From Thainema sp. (GTDB lineage: Bacteria; Cyanobacteriota; Cyanobacteriia; Phormidesmidales; Phormidesmidaceae), in contig JBQLZK010000018.1 in NCBI GenBank assembly GCA_052168235.1, positions 21,843-85,842 on the forward strand: 64,000 nucleotides of DNA. Reading direction: 5' to 3'. How positions within the stretch are numbered: the first letter of the stretch is position 1; every line of letters begins with the position of its first letter. The notes below the pieces were generated by a model. It worked only from the letters and a program-made list of their open reading frames with translations, was not told where the DNA came from and made no database searches. Both the position numbers and the translations under genes were made by a program. Positions 28,645-38,490 of the stretch are shown piece after piece.

Positions 28645-29350
28645 ATTGCAAAACCAATTGAGTTGAACACTGGTTGCAACTGCCCTAAAACCTCCGCCAA
28701 GAGTGAATCTAATAGGGAATAGACTCGATTCCAGATTGGGTCAGAATGGAATCGACAGCACTGAACATAGCGCTAGAAACACGGACTTTTTTGCGTGTTT
28801 ATCAATACAACACTTGCATTATTAAACAGTAGATAACTTCCCGCAATTTGACCTAGTAAAGCTCATAAAAGATTTACTGATTACGGTAAGAACATGAGGT
28901 CATGAAGCTCAATGTCCACTCCAGAACTGACGAAGCCTAGTGACTATGACTACAAACTGCTTGAATATTATGAAACAGCCATACAGCCTCCGTAATTTCA
29001 CGGCCTATGCCTCAACTAACAAAGCCTTATTTTGTATCAAATCTTTAATCAGCCTTTAGTGTCCTTTTATTTTTCTCTTACTTATTCTTTTTTGCTCGGC
29101 ACAGTTTTCTGGATCTACATAATTTCCACAAATTTCATATCGCTTTGTTTTGAGCTTGTTGATAGATTTAAGTAAAAATCCGTAGCCCAGTCCTGCCAGA
29201 TCATTTAAGCCAGACTCTACATAACGTTTTGCGTCAAGGTATAAACGTTTTGGTGAAATGCTCCGTCCTCCCCTAAAACGTCCTAACCTAGATAGCGATC
29301 GCACAATCGCACTATCGAACTATTTACCGCAACATACCAACTATCTAACT

Positions 29351-30082
29351 ATGGGATACGGTTTATATCTTTACGGCATTTTCCCGGCTCCAGGGCCGCA
29401 AAATCTAGAGCTTGAAGGTTTGGATAAGCAGCCCGTCAAGTCTCACACGATTGATAAATTCACTTTTTTGTACTCGGAAGCCCAACAAGAACGCTACTTG
29501 GCGAGTCGGCGCAACCTGCTGGGCCATGAGCGGGTACTGGAGCAATCCATGATGGCTGGCCATCGGACACTACTGCCGCTTCAATTTGGACTAATTATCT
29601 CGGAGTGGAATGATGTCATTAGCCAGCTGATTCAGCCTAAACAGGAAGCACTCCAGCAGTTGTTTGCCAAGCTAGATGGACATCGAGAGGTTGGCGTCAA
29701 GGTTTTTTGGGAAGAAGCAGCCGAACTCGAAATGCTCATGGCTGAAAATGAGAAGCTTCGCGCTGAGCGAGATCGCTTAGAGGGTAAGAATCTCAGTATG
29801 GATGAGGTGCTATATATCGGGCAGGCGATTGAACAGGCCGTTCGCGATCGCAAAGAGGCAATCGTGCAAGTGTTTCAAGATGCCCTGACAGTGTTGGCCG
29901 TTGAATCGGTAGAGAACGACCTGCTCACCAGTGCGATGATTTACAACGCAGCGTATCTGATTCCCTGGGATGCTGAATCCAAATTCAGCGCCAAAGTGGA
30001 AGCACTGGATGCCCAATTTCATGACCGACTACGAATTCGCTATAACAATTTCACGGCACCGTTTAACTTTGCTCAACTCTAG
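29351..30082 (+). CDS. gvpF: GvpL/GvpF family gas vesicle protein
   Basis: GLYLYGIF, RYLASRRNLLGHERVLE, LLPLQFG, REVGVKVFW, MIYNAAYLI, IRYNNFTAPFNF. Confidence 0.88.
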   Translation: MGYGLYLYGIFPAPGPQNLELEGLDKQPVKSHTIDKFTFLYSEAQQERYLASRRNLLGHERVLEQSMMAGHRTLLPLQFGLIISEWNDVISQLIQPKQEALQQLFAKLDGHREVGVKVFWEEAAELEMLMAENEKLRAERDRLEGKNLSMDEVLYIGQAIEQAVRDRKEAIVQVFQDALTVLAVESVENDLLTSAMIYNAAYLIPWDAESKFSAKVEALDAQFHDRLRIRYNNFTAPFNFAQL

Positions 30083-30213
30083 CAGCCAACGGCGACCTGA
30101 TTTCTGGCCGAATTGGGCGGTGATCACGATCAGGTAATAACCCGCTCATCCGAAGTTTTAGGGCAAGATGTAAGACGTGTAGATTTTTCTGTGGAGTACT
30201 CTAGCGGATTCGT

Positions 30214-32172
30214 ATGAGTATCTTAAGCCTGCGATCGGTTCAAAAAGACTTTGGCATCAAGGAGATTTTGCGCGAGGCCAACTTCAACCTGGAGGCCAAC
30301 GATAAGGTGGGCCTGATTGGTACCAATGGCTCCGGTAAGTCCACGCTGCTGAAGATGATGGCAGGCTTGGAGCCGATTGATGGTGGCGAGATTCAGGTCA
30401 ATTCCAGTCTGCGCCTGGTCTATTTGCCCCAGGAGCCGCAGGTTGATCCGAATAATACCGTTCTAGAGCAGGTGTTTGCCGCCGCTGGTGAGCGGATGGC
30501 CTTGGTGCGTCGCTATGAGGAACTGTCACACCAGATGGCCCATGCCCAGGGTGACAAACTGGAGCAACTGATGAACCAGCTCACCCGCGTCAGCGAAGAG
30601 ATGGAGGCCGCCAACGCTTGGGAACTGGAAACGAATGCCAAAATCATTCTCACCAAGCTGGGCATTGAGGATTTTGAGACCAAGGTGGGCGATTTGTCTG
30701 GGGGCTATCGGCGACGAATTGCCCTGGCGGCAGCACTAATGGCTGATCCGGACGTGCTGCTGATGGACGAGCCGACTAACCATCTCGACGCGGATTCGGT
30801 GGAGTGGCTGCAGGATTTTCTGCGCCAGTTTCGCGGGGCGCTGCTGCTGGTGACCCACGATCGCTACTTCTTGGATCGGGTGACGAATCGGATTATCGAA
30901 ATCGACCGGGGCGACTTCTACAGCTACGACGGCAACTATTCGTATTACTTGGAGAAAAAATCACTGGCTGAGGCCGCTGCCGCCAGCCGTCAGCAAAAGC
31001 ATCAGGGTATACTCCGGCGCGAGTTAGAGTGGCTGAAGCGGGGGCCAAAGGCGCGGAGTACGAAGCAAAAAGCCCGTATCTACCGCATTCAAGATATGCA
31101 GGAGACGGAGTTCAAAGAAGCGCAGGGCAAAGTGGAGATGGATGCCCCGGCTCGCCGCATTGGAAAGAAAGTGATTGAGCTGGAGCATATTTCCAAATCC
31201 TACGGCGATCGCAAGATTATCGACGACTTCACGTTTAAGTTTGGCCCCCGAGATCGCATTGGCATCATCGGCGGCAACGGAGTCGGCAAGTCCACGCTGC
31301 TGGATATCGTCACCCAGCGCACGGAGCCGGATTCCGGTTCTCTAGACATTGGCTCGACGATTCATATTGGCTACTTTGACCAGCATTCTGAGCAGATGGT
31401 GGCTGCGGCGAATCAGGAGCAGCGGGTGATTCAGTACATCAAGGATGTAGCCGAATTTGTCACGACTGCCGATGGTGGCCAAATTACCGCTTCGCAAATG
31501 CTGGAGCGCTTTCTGTTCTCTGGCAATCAGCAATATACGCCGCTGCATAAGCTATCGGGTGGTGAACGTCGCCGCCTATTTCTGCTGCGGGTGCTGATGG
31601 GTGCGCCCAACGTGCTCATTTTGGACGAGCCGACCAATGATCTAGACGTGCAAACGCTGTCGGTTCTGGAAGATTACTTGGAAGACTTCAACGGCTGCGT
31701 AATTACGGTATCCCACGACCGCTATTTTCTGGATCGCGTAGTGGAGCGGATTTTCGCCTTTGAGGGCGACGGCGAGATTTGCGAATATCCCGGCAACTAT
31801 TCAATTTATTTAGAACGCAAGCAGGTCGAGGTGCAAGACGCAAAAGCTGAAGCTGCGATCGCAACTCCAGCGTCCAAATCCAATGCTCAGTCAAACGGCT
31901 CGGCTCAAGTTGCGAGTGTGGAGCCGGATGCTAAACAGAACCAGAATCGCAAACGCAAGTTGTCCTACAACGAAAAGCGCGAACTGGCTCAGCTCGAAAC
32001 GCAAATTCCAGAGTGGGAAGCCGAGAAAGAAACGATTGAAAAAACGCTCTACGGCAATCCGCCCAGCGGCTACACCGAGGTTCAGCAGCTATCCGAGCGG
32101 CTGGCGGATCTCACGTCTACGATTGATCACGCGACGGAGCGCTGGCTAGAGCTGTCGGAGCTAGATGCGTAG
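30214..32172 (+). CDS. uup: ABC-F family ATPase (Uup/YfmR-like)
   Basis: Two ABC domains (GTNGSGKST/LSGG/DEPTNHLD; GGNGVGKST/LSGGE/DEPTNDLD), ELEWLKRGPKARSTKQKAR linker, KLSYNEKRE C-terminal domain. Confidence 0.88.
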   Translation: MSILSLRSVQKDFGIKEILREANFNLEANDKVGLIGTNGSGKSTLLKMMAGLEPIDGGEIQVNSSLRLVYLPQEPQVDPNNTVLEQVFAAAGERMALVRRYEELSHQMAHAQGDKLEQLMNQLTRVSEEMEAANAWELETNAKIILTKLGIEDFETKVGDLSGGYRRRIALAAALMADPDVLLMDEPTNHLDADSVEWLQDFLRQFRGALLLVTHDRYFLDRVTNRIIEIDRGDFYSYDGNYSYYLEKKSLAEAAAASRQQKHQGILRRELEWLKRGPKARSTKQKARIYRIQDMQETEFKEAQGKVEMDAPARRIGKKVIELEHISKSYGDRKIIDDFTFKFGPRDRIGIIGGNGVGKSTLLDIVTQRTEPDSGSLDIGSTIHIGYFDQHSEQMVAAANQEQRVIQYIKDVAEFVTTADGGQITASQMLERFLFSGNQQYTPLHKLSGGERRRLFLLRVLMGAPNVLILDEPTNDLDVQTLSVLEDYLEDFNGCVITVSHDRYFLDRVVERIFAFEGDGEICEYPGNYSIYLERKQVEVQDAKAEAAIATPASKSNAQSNGSAQVASVEPDAKQNQNRKRKLSYNEKRELAQLETQIPEWEAEKETIEKTLYGNPPSGYTEVQQLSERLADLTSTIDHATERWLELSELDA

Positions 32173-32180
32173 TTGGAACT

Positions 32181-32211
32181 GATTGTGTCACCGCAGCACG
32201 GTGACACAATC
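32181..32211. terminator. Bidirectional terminator hairpin
   Basis: GATTGTGTCACCG-CAGCA-CGGTGACACAATC between convergent genes. Confidence 0.75.
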
Positions 32212-32216
32212 ACAGA

Positions 32217-33494
32217 TTAACCCTGCACTCGATAGCCGATGTCGCGGCGGTAGTAGGCTCCTTCAAAGCTGATTTTTTCAGCCGCTTGATAGGCCCGTGC
32301 GATCGCATCTTTGAACGTTTCGCCAGTTGCGGTTACGCCCAGGACTCGACCGCCATCGGTAATGATGACTTGTCCCTGCAAGCGCGTCCCGGCATGGAAG
32401 ACGGTGACATTCTCTAGCTGATCGGCGGCTTCCAAATCGCTGATCGGCTTTTTCTTCTCGTAGGGGCCAGGGTAGCCACCCGCAGCCATCACCACGCAGG
32501 CGGAAGCAGCGGGTTTCCATTCAATCGGCGGCAGGCTTTCCAACCGCTGTTCCACACAGGCCATCATCAGGCTGTCCAAGGGCGTTTCCAGCAGCGGCAG
32601 CACCACCTGAGTTTCCGGATCGCCAAACCGACAGTTGAATTCAATTACCTTCGGGTCGCCCTCCGGCGTAATCATCAAGCCTGCGTACAGAATGCCGCGA
32701 TAGTCAATGCCTTTATCCCGCAGCGCCGCGATCGCAGGTTCCAAGATCTCGGACTGCACCCGCGCCATAATCGCATCGGTGACTACGGGAGTAGGCGCAT
32801 AGGCACCCATGCCGCCTGTATTCGGCCCGGTGTCGCCTTCGCCAACCTGTTTGTGATCCTGAGCGGGCAGTAGGGGACGAATCGTCAGACCATCGGTAAT
32901 TGCCAGCACCGAGGCTTCCTGCCCCACGAGGCACTCCTCAATCACAACGGTTTGTCCGGCATCACCGAACTTGCCCGCAAAGCTGTCCTGAATTGCTGCC
33001 TTGGCTTCGTCAAGCGTAGCCGCAACGGTAACGCCTTTGCCTGCCGCAAGACCGTCGGCTTTGATTACAATCGGCGCGCCTTCCTTCTCCACGTATGCGA
33101 TCGCAGATGTCGCATCGGTAAAGGTGGCCGCCTTGGCCGTGGGAATATTGGCCTCCTGCATGAGCTGCTTAGCCCAGGCTTTGCTGGCTTCGATCTGTGC
33201 GCCTGCCTGAGTGGGGCCAAATACCCGGATTTCCTGATCGCGCAAATAGTCGGTCACGCCCAGTGCTAATGGCTGCTCAGGGCCAACCACCACTAAGCCG
33301 ATATTATTGACCAGACAAAAGCGACTGATTCCCTCAAAATCATTCATGGATAGAGGTAAATTGCGGCAGTTTTCTAAGCGAGCCGTGCCGCCATTGCCTG
33401 GAACGCAGACCACCTCTCGCACCTGCGGTGATTGCAGCAGTTTCCATGTCAGAGCGTGTTCACGCCCACCATTGCCAATTACTAAAGCTTTCAC
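32217..33494 (-). CDS. purD: Phosphoribosylamine-glycine ligase
   Basis: GNGGREHAL, KADGLAAGKGV, QDHK..GEGDTGPNTGGMGAY, EFNCRFGDPETQ, YRRDIG; GTG start at 33494. Confidence 0.97.
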   Translation of the reverse strand: MKALVIGNGGREHALTWKLLQSPQVREVVCVPGNGGTARLENCRNLPLSMNDFEGISRFCLVNNIGLVVVGPEQPLALGVTDYLRDQEIRVFGPTQAGAQIEASKAWAKQLMQEANIPTAKAATFTDATSAIAYVEKEGAPIVIKADGLAAGKGVTVAATLDEAKAAIQDSFAGKFGDAGQTVVIEECLVGQEASVLAITDGLTIRPLLPAQDHKQVGEGDTGPNTGGMGAYAPTPVVTDAIMARVQSEILEPAIAALRDKGIDYRGILYAGLMITPEGDPKVIEFNCRFGDPETQVVLPLLETPLDSLMMACVEQRLESLPPIEWKPAASACVVMAAGGYPGPYEKKKPISDLEAADQLENVTVFHAGTRLQGQVIITDGGRVLGVTATGETFKDAIARAYQAAEKISFEGAYYRRDIGYRVQG

Positions 33495-33562
33495 CGACAC
33501 TCCTCTCTCCACCTATGGAACTTGACAGCAAAACGACCCGTCAAATGATGTCTACTGAGATC

Positions 33563-33646
33563 TAGGCGTTGCTTAATCTGGGGCTAAGTTGTGATGTGGG
33601 GGCACTGCCCCCACATCACAACTCAATCCTTAAATCAGCAATCCCA
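33563..33646. mobile_element. MITE-like hairpin element
   Basis: GGCGTTGCTTAAT ... AAATCAGCAATCC imperfect ends; inner AGTTGTGATGTGGGGGC...GCCCCCACATCACAACT. Confidence 0.55.
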
Positions 33647-33744
33647 AAATCTGCATTAACGGCGTCCTTGCTGCAAAGATTCGACTTGTAATGTTCAATT
33701 TAAGCAACAATCATCTTATAACGATGCCGAGACCCTGACGTAAC

Positions 33745-35436
33745 TTGTCCGTCATGATTTATCACAACCCCGAACCGAAGCCAGTGAATTTTAGGTTAAC
33801 TCATCTCAACTATGCAGGACTCATTGCTGGATTAAGCCTGCTCATGAACGGTCAAACTGCGATCGCAAATCCGTCTCATCTCAATTCAGATTCAGCTCGT
33901 TTAATAATCGCCCAAGCCGATTCAACGGGTGATGCAAGTGATGATATCGTAGTACCCACAGAAGTAGACGCTGAAACGGGTGATGCGAGTGATGATGTAG
34001 TACCCACAGAATCAGAATCAGACGCTGAGGCTGAATCAGAGTCCTACGAAATCTTTGACGGTAGAGAGTTTAATTTTGAGCCTGCTTCTGAGCTAGACGA
34101 AGATGACGATGAGATTGATCCGGCTCTGGATGAGGACGCGGTTGAAGATGCAGAGTTCGGTAATGCAGACGAGGCGGATGAACTAGAAGCTTCAGGCGAC
34201 GATGAATCCGACGATGAATCCGACGATGAATCTGACGGTGAAACCGAAGACGGGGAAGTAGAACCCAATCGGTTTGAGATTCGCGACGAGTTTTTCAGCA
34301 ATCCACTACAGGATGAACCACTCGACCCACTCATCCCGTCAGCAGCGGTCAATCGCCCCCTCGACGAAGCGGAACAGGCTGAACTACGCGAAGATTTGAA
34401 CCAGCTTCACGCCCAGGGTGTGGCTCAATATGAAGCAGGCGAATTAGAAGCGGCGCTGGCGATCTGGCGGCGAGAACTGCGGCTGTGGCGGTTGCTGCCG
34501 CCGATGGAAGAAGTGCAGGCATTGGATCGGGTGGGCCTAATCGTTTGGGATGAGAACCAAACCACTGATGTCAACATCATCACCGAACGGCTCCAGCAAA
34601 TTCGCACCGCTGAACTCGACCCCGATGAAACCATTGACGCAACGATTCCGGTTGACTTTGAGCTGCTCCAGGCAGTCGGTGAAGCCTTTGCCACAGTGCG
34701 CTCCTACGACGATGCCGTCACGTCCTATGAGCAAATTGCGTTTGAGGCGCGACGACGCAATGAAGACGCCATTCAAGAATCAGCGCTGAATACCCTGGCT
34801 GATATCCACTTGGCCTGGTTCAAGTACCCCTCAGCCGCTTCGGTTTATCAAGAGCTAATGGCGTTTGCCCAAAATCGCAATGATGCCGCCAGTGAACTGG
34901 ATTATCTGGAACTCTTAGCCAAAACCTACGATCGCGGCGATATTTATCAGCAGGCCATCGTCACTCAGGAGCAGTTGGCCGAAAACTTTCAAACCAAAAG
35001 CCCTGAAGATGTGCCGGCTCTAAAAATTGCGATCGCAGCCAATCACGAAGCGCTCGGTCAGTATGAACAAGCGGCCCGCGCCTATCAGGAAGCGTTTACG
35101 GTTGCTCAAGCTCAGCAGCAGTATGGCCTGGCCAGCGATGCGCTGAATGCTCTGGCTGAAATGTATCTCTCGTTAGAACGCCCGGATGATGCCCTGTACG
35201 TTTATCAGCTTCTAGTAGACGTAGATAGCCAGTCCTACAACCGCTACGGCCAAATGGAGACCTATGACAATATTGGCCTCATTCACCTGCGTCAAGGCAA
35301 TCCAACTCAAGCCTTAAGTGCGTTTCGACTAGGACTTGCGATCGCAGAACAAATCAGCTACCGCGAGGATTACTTTAACCGTCGCATTCAAAGCATTACT
35401 GATACACCCAAACCTGGTAAGCTTCCAGCGCTATAA
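33745..35436 (+). CDS. Secreted TPR protein with long acidic N-terminal region
   Basis: Signal-like segment, D/E-rich region with internal duplications, then TPR helices; exact start uncertain. Confidence 0.85.
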   Translation: MSVMIYHNPEPKPVNFRLTHLNYAGLIAGLSLLMNGQTAIANPSHLNSDSARLIIAQADSTGDASDDIVVPTEVDAETGDASDDVVPTESESDAEAESESYEIFDGREFNFEPASELDEDDDEIDPALDEDAVEDAEFGNADEADELEASGDDESDDESDDESDGETEDGEVEPNRFEIRDEFFSNPLQDEPLDPLIPSAAVNRPLDEAEQAELREDLNQLHAQGVAQYEAGELEAALAIWRRELRLWRLLPPMEEVQALDRVGLIVWDENQTTDVNIITERLQQIRTAELDPDETIDATIPVDFELLQAVGEAFATVRSYDDAVTSYEQIAFEARRRNEDAIQESALNTLADIHLAWFKYPSAASVYQELMAFAQNRNDAASELDYLELLAKTYDRGDIYQQAIVTQEQLAENFQTKSPEDVPALKIAIAANHEALGQYEQAARAYQEAFTVAQAQQQYGLASDALNALAEMYLSLERPDDALYVYQLLVDVDSQSYNRYGQMETYDNIGLIHLRQGNPTQALSAFRLGLAIAEQISYREDYFNRRIQSITDTPKPGKLPAL

Positions 35437-35777
35437 GTGACGAGTTTCGATTACCGAATCAAGATAATTCACCGATTGATATTGATCGATTTGGCCCACC
35501 AACTCTAATGATCGAAATTGGTAGCAGTTCCTTCAAAGATGACTTGGGAGCCAAGCGGTTGCTCTATGAGCGTTTAAGCGTGGCGGAATACTGGGTCGTG
35601 AATGTCACAGAGAAACAGGTCATCGCCTTTAATATCGCCAACAGCCGCAGCGGCGAGGTTCGAACGTCCGAGGTGCTGTCCGGTTTAGAGATCGCCTTGG
35701 TGGAGGAAGCGCTACAGCGTTCTCAGACTGAAGATGATAGCGCTCTGATGCGCTGGCTGATGGATAAATTGCGGTAA
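35433..35777 (+). pseudogene. 5'-truncated Uma2 family endonuclease fragment
   Basis: ISDEFRLPNQDNSPIDIDRFGPPTLMIEIGSSSFKDDLGAKRLLYERLSVAEYWVVN is the C-terminal half only; in-frame stop at 35418-35420 upstream. Confidence 0.75.
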
Positions 35778-35972
35778 AGGATGTATGGAAGTAGAAGTGC
35801 GATCGCACAACTCATTATGGACAGCAAGTTTCTATTAATAATTCCAGCGAATATTGGGTACCCATTACTGCTCCTGTTGATGGCTATGTATTTTTTAGCT
35901 TTTTGGAAAATTGTTCCTAGCAGTGTGAGTTCGTCATCTTCTATTGGAGCAGATTACTAAATAATTTGCACC

Positions 35973-36014
35973 TAAAACGGAACCCCAAAAGCATTGCTTT
36001 GGGGTTCCGTTTTA
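35973..36014. terminator. Intrinsic terminator
   Basis: TAAAACGGAACCCCAAA...TTTGGGGTTCCGTTTTA downstream of the beta-barrel gene. Confidence 0.8.
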
Positions 36015-36084
36015 AGCTATAGAGTTAAGCGGACGAACAGAAAGGTACTGGACTGGACTCCTAAGCAGCAGTTAGCTGTTAGAA

Positions 36085-36585
36085 CTAGAAGGTGTAACCC
36101 AAGCCAACGATACCGTTCACGTTCGTATCATCGTAAAAGTTGACATTAACTGTGCCGTTAACCGTAACTCGCCGACTAACGCGATAGTCAATTCCCGCAG
36201 TTGCCATTGGCGCAACATCTTCGCTACCCGTTGCATAGGTTACGCCTGCACCAATAAACGGTAGCAAACGGCCATTCTCTGACAGAGAGTTGAAGTCATA
36301 GGTGATTGGCAACGATAACTGAGTATTGCTGTCGTCTTCATCGAAGTTGAGGTCGCTAATGACGCTGGGGCGAAGCGAAACTTGATTAGCAACCCGCAGT
36401 TTGCTGTTGATCGCCAAGCCAACATCGCTGTCAGGACCGAGGTCGCCGACCCCAACGCCAACACCAAGATAGCTATAGTCTGTGGGAGCTTCTTGTGCGC
36501 TGGCCATTGGTGCGATCGCAACCGTTGCAGACGTTAGACTAGCAGCAATTAGCGCAAATAATTTGATGTTCATCGTGTTCTCCAA
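36085..36585 (-). CDS. Small outer-membrane beta-barrel protein
   Basis: Signal peptide ASA, SYLGVG, SLRPS, LPITYDF, PFIGAGV, C-terminal GLGYTF. Confidence 0.85.
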   Translation of the reverse strand: MENTMNIKLFALIAASLTSATVAIAPMASAQEAPTDYSYLGVGVGVGDLGPDSDVGLAINSKLRVANQVSLRPSVISDLNFDEDDSNTQLSLPITYDFNSLSENGRLLPFIGAGVTYATGSEDVAPMATAGIDYRVSRRVTVNGTVNVNFYDDTNVNGIVGLGYTF

Positions 36586-37067
36586 GTATTGACAACGAAT
36601 TTCAGTGAGTAAAGCCTCGATCTATTCCTATTGATTGATGGTTTTTAGTAAACTCTGTACGTTATTGAAACACGCTACAGAAACCGATCTGTTTTGATTG
36701 ATCAACGCAGTATATTCAGCGTTACGTCAAGGAATAGCCGATGTTAGTAACATCAAAAATCAGCAATCAAATACTTCGCTCTGTAAACTATTGCTGATAA
36801 TAGATGACGAGATTGAGAAGGCTTTTTTTTCAGGCTATGAATGTAACTTCCGCTCTCATGTTTTAGTTATAGCGATTTAATTTCTGTCTGTTTCTGTTGT
36901 GTATGACACTTTGTTTAGATGCCTAAACCTTAACATTTAGCCGGAAAACCCTACTTTTTCCAGGGAACTTTTTTGGGAACAATGTCGTCTTCGTTTGCGT
37001 AGTAGCTTACAAAAGCGCATATTGATTGTGACTAATTACAATATCACTTAGATATGAAAGTCTGATG

Positions 37068-37119
37068 AAAATAAGAAGCGGCCAAAAGTGCGATCGCACT
37101 TTTGGCCGCTTCTTATTTT
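37068..37119. repeat. Perfect loopless 52-bp palindrome centred on HIP1
   Basis: AAAATAAGAAGCGGCCAAAAGTGCGA|TCGCACTTTTGGCCGCTTCTTATTTT. Confidence 0.95.
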
Positions 37120-37597
37120 ATGACGGCTACTTGTATATAAAACTTTCTAACGAACCAATTAAATGCATTTTTTACAGTTTCTTATATAAGAATATTTAAG
37201 AATTCCATCTGACTTGGATCTTAAGCTCCTGTATGGTGAAATTTTATTCTTTAAAACTAAATTACTAATGCAAAAAATCATTGACGATAGGGGATCGCTG
37301 TTTTTATAAAGGTAGTATGAGTTGGGATCTGTCGTGGCGTTTTGCAACCTAGCTTCTGTCCAATTCAAGTAAAGCCGATAGTGAATCACGTCAGTGCAAT
37401 GAGGGAGTAGTTCAGTAGGCATTTCAGTAAAAATACGGTTTTTGCGTCACTAGCAAATACTATTTGCTAGTTTGGATGATCAAGCAGTTGTGGATATAAC
37501 CGCGTCAGTAACTGCTGTTGAGCAATAACTTGCCCATTTTAGAAGAATGGAGCAAAATACAAAGAAATATTAAATCGTCCGTACTTTATCGGAGATT

Positions 37598-38431
37598 TTG
37601 TTCCACGAACCATGTAATTTAGAACGAAGCTTAATTTTCCTTCACGTTTCGGAGATTTTATGCATGGTTGCTCCATTACCACCAGTCCGAACACAGCTCT
37701 CTTCCCAGTCACATGACTATCAGCAGTTTTCTGAGCAATATTCAAAATTGCAAATCGAGAACACCTACTTTTTAGCGTTTAGATCAGTGGCTGAGCTGCT
37801 CGGGCGTTATTTGGGTAATGACAGTAACAGCAAGCGAACGCTCGATTTTGGCTGTGGAACAGGCCGATCAACTCGGTTTTTACATAGCCTTGGATTGGAT
37901 ACAGTTGGCGTCGATATTAATCCCTTTATGCTGAGTCGGGCCCGGCAGGCAATGGAGGGTGATTACTATCTACTGGATTCAGAGCAGTTGCCGTTTGCCG
38001 CAAAGCATTTTGACATCATATTTCAAAGCTTTGTGCTGCTTGAATACAGCTCTATTGCTCAGATGACTGACTCATTTGAGGAGTTTCACCGTGTATTAGC
38101 GGATGATGGCCTCATCACAGTCGTAACGGGTTCAGAAGACTACTATCGTCATGATTGGTTGTCGTTTGAAATGGGTGATACTCAAGAGCAAACGCTAGAG
38201 TCCGGCTGTCAAGTCCAGGTGTCGATCCGGGGCACAGATGTCGTTCTGTTTGACTACTACTGGACAGATAGTGATTATCGGCATGTCTTTCAACAAACTG
38301 GCTTGGAAGTTGTTGATGTTGTGCAACCCCTAGCTCAAGGCGATGAACCGTTCAACTGGGTCAATGAATGTGAGTTTCCCTGTTGGTCAATTTACGTGTT
38401 GAAAAAGCAAAGAACAGCCCCATTTAGTTAA
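37598..38431 (+). CDS. Class I SAM-dependent methyltransferase
   Basis: LDFGCGTGRSTRFL, VGVDIN..ML, LPF....FDII, RVL...G; true start probably ATG 37660 or 37664-region Met (MVAPL). Confidence 0.88.
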   Translation: MFHEPCNLERSLIFLHVSEILCMVAPLPPVRTQLSSQSHDYQQFSEQYSKLQIENTYFLAFRSVAELLGRYLGNDSNSKRTLDFGCGTGRSTRFLHSLGLDTVGVDINPFMLSRARQAMEGDYYLLDSEQLPFAAKHFDIIFQSFVLLEYSSIAQMTDSFEEFHRVLADDGLITVVTGSEDYYRHDWLSFEMGDTQEQTLESGCQVQVSIRGTDVVLFDYYWTDSDYRHVFQQTGLEVVDVVQPLAQGDEPFNWVNECEFPCWSIYVLKKQRTAPFS

Positions 38432-38490
38432 GTTGACGATTTTGAATTGCCCCAAAGAATGGCATAGGAAATTTTAGAGGATTTAAATTC

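Noticed and set aside
28700..29350. Riboswitch or known ncRNA in long intergenic gaps (also 36600-37600, 42230-43000)
   Set aside because: No recognisable cobalamin, TPP, c-di-GMP, Moco, RNase P, tmRNA or SRP consensus by eye; a covariance search is needed to exclude them
37159..37422. 87-aa ORF in the AT-rich gap
   Set aside because: No motif or RBS; composition looks non-coding
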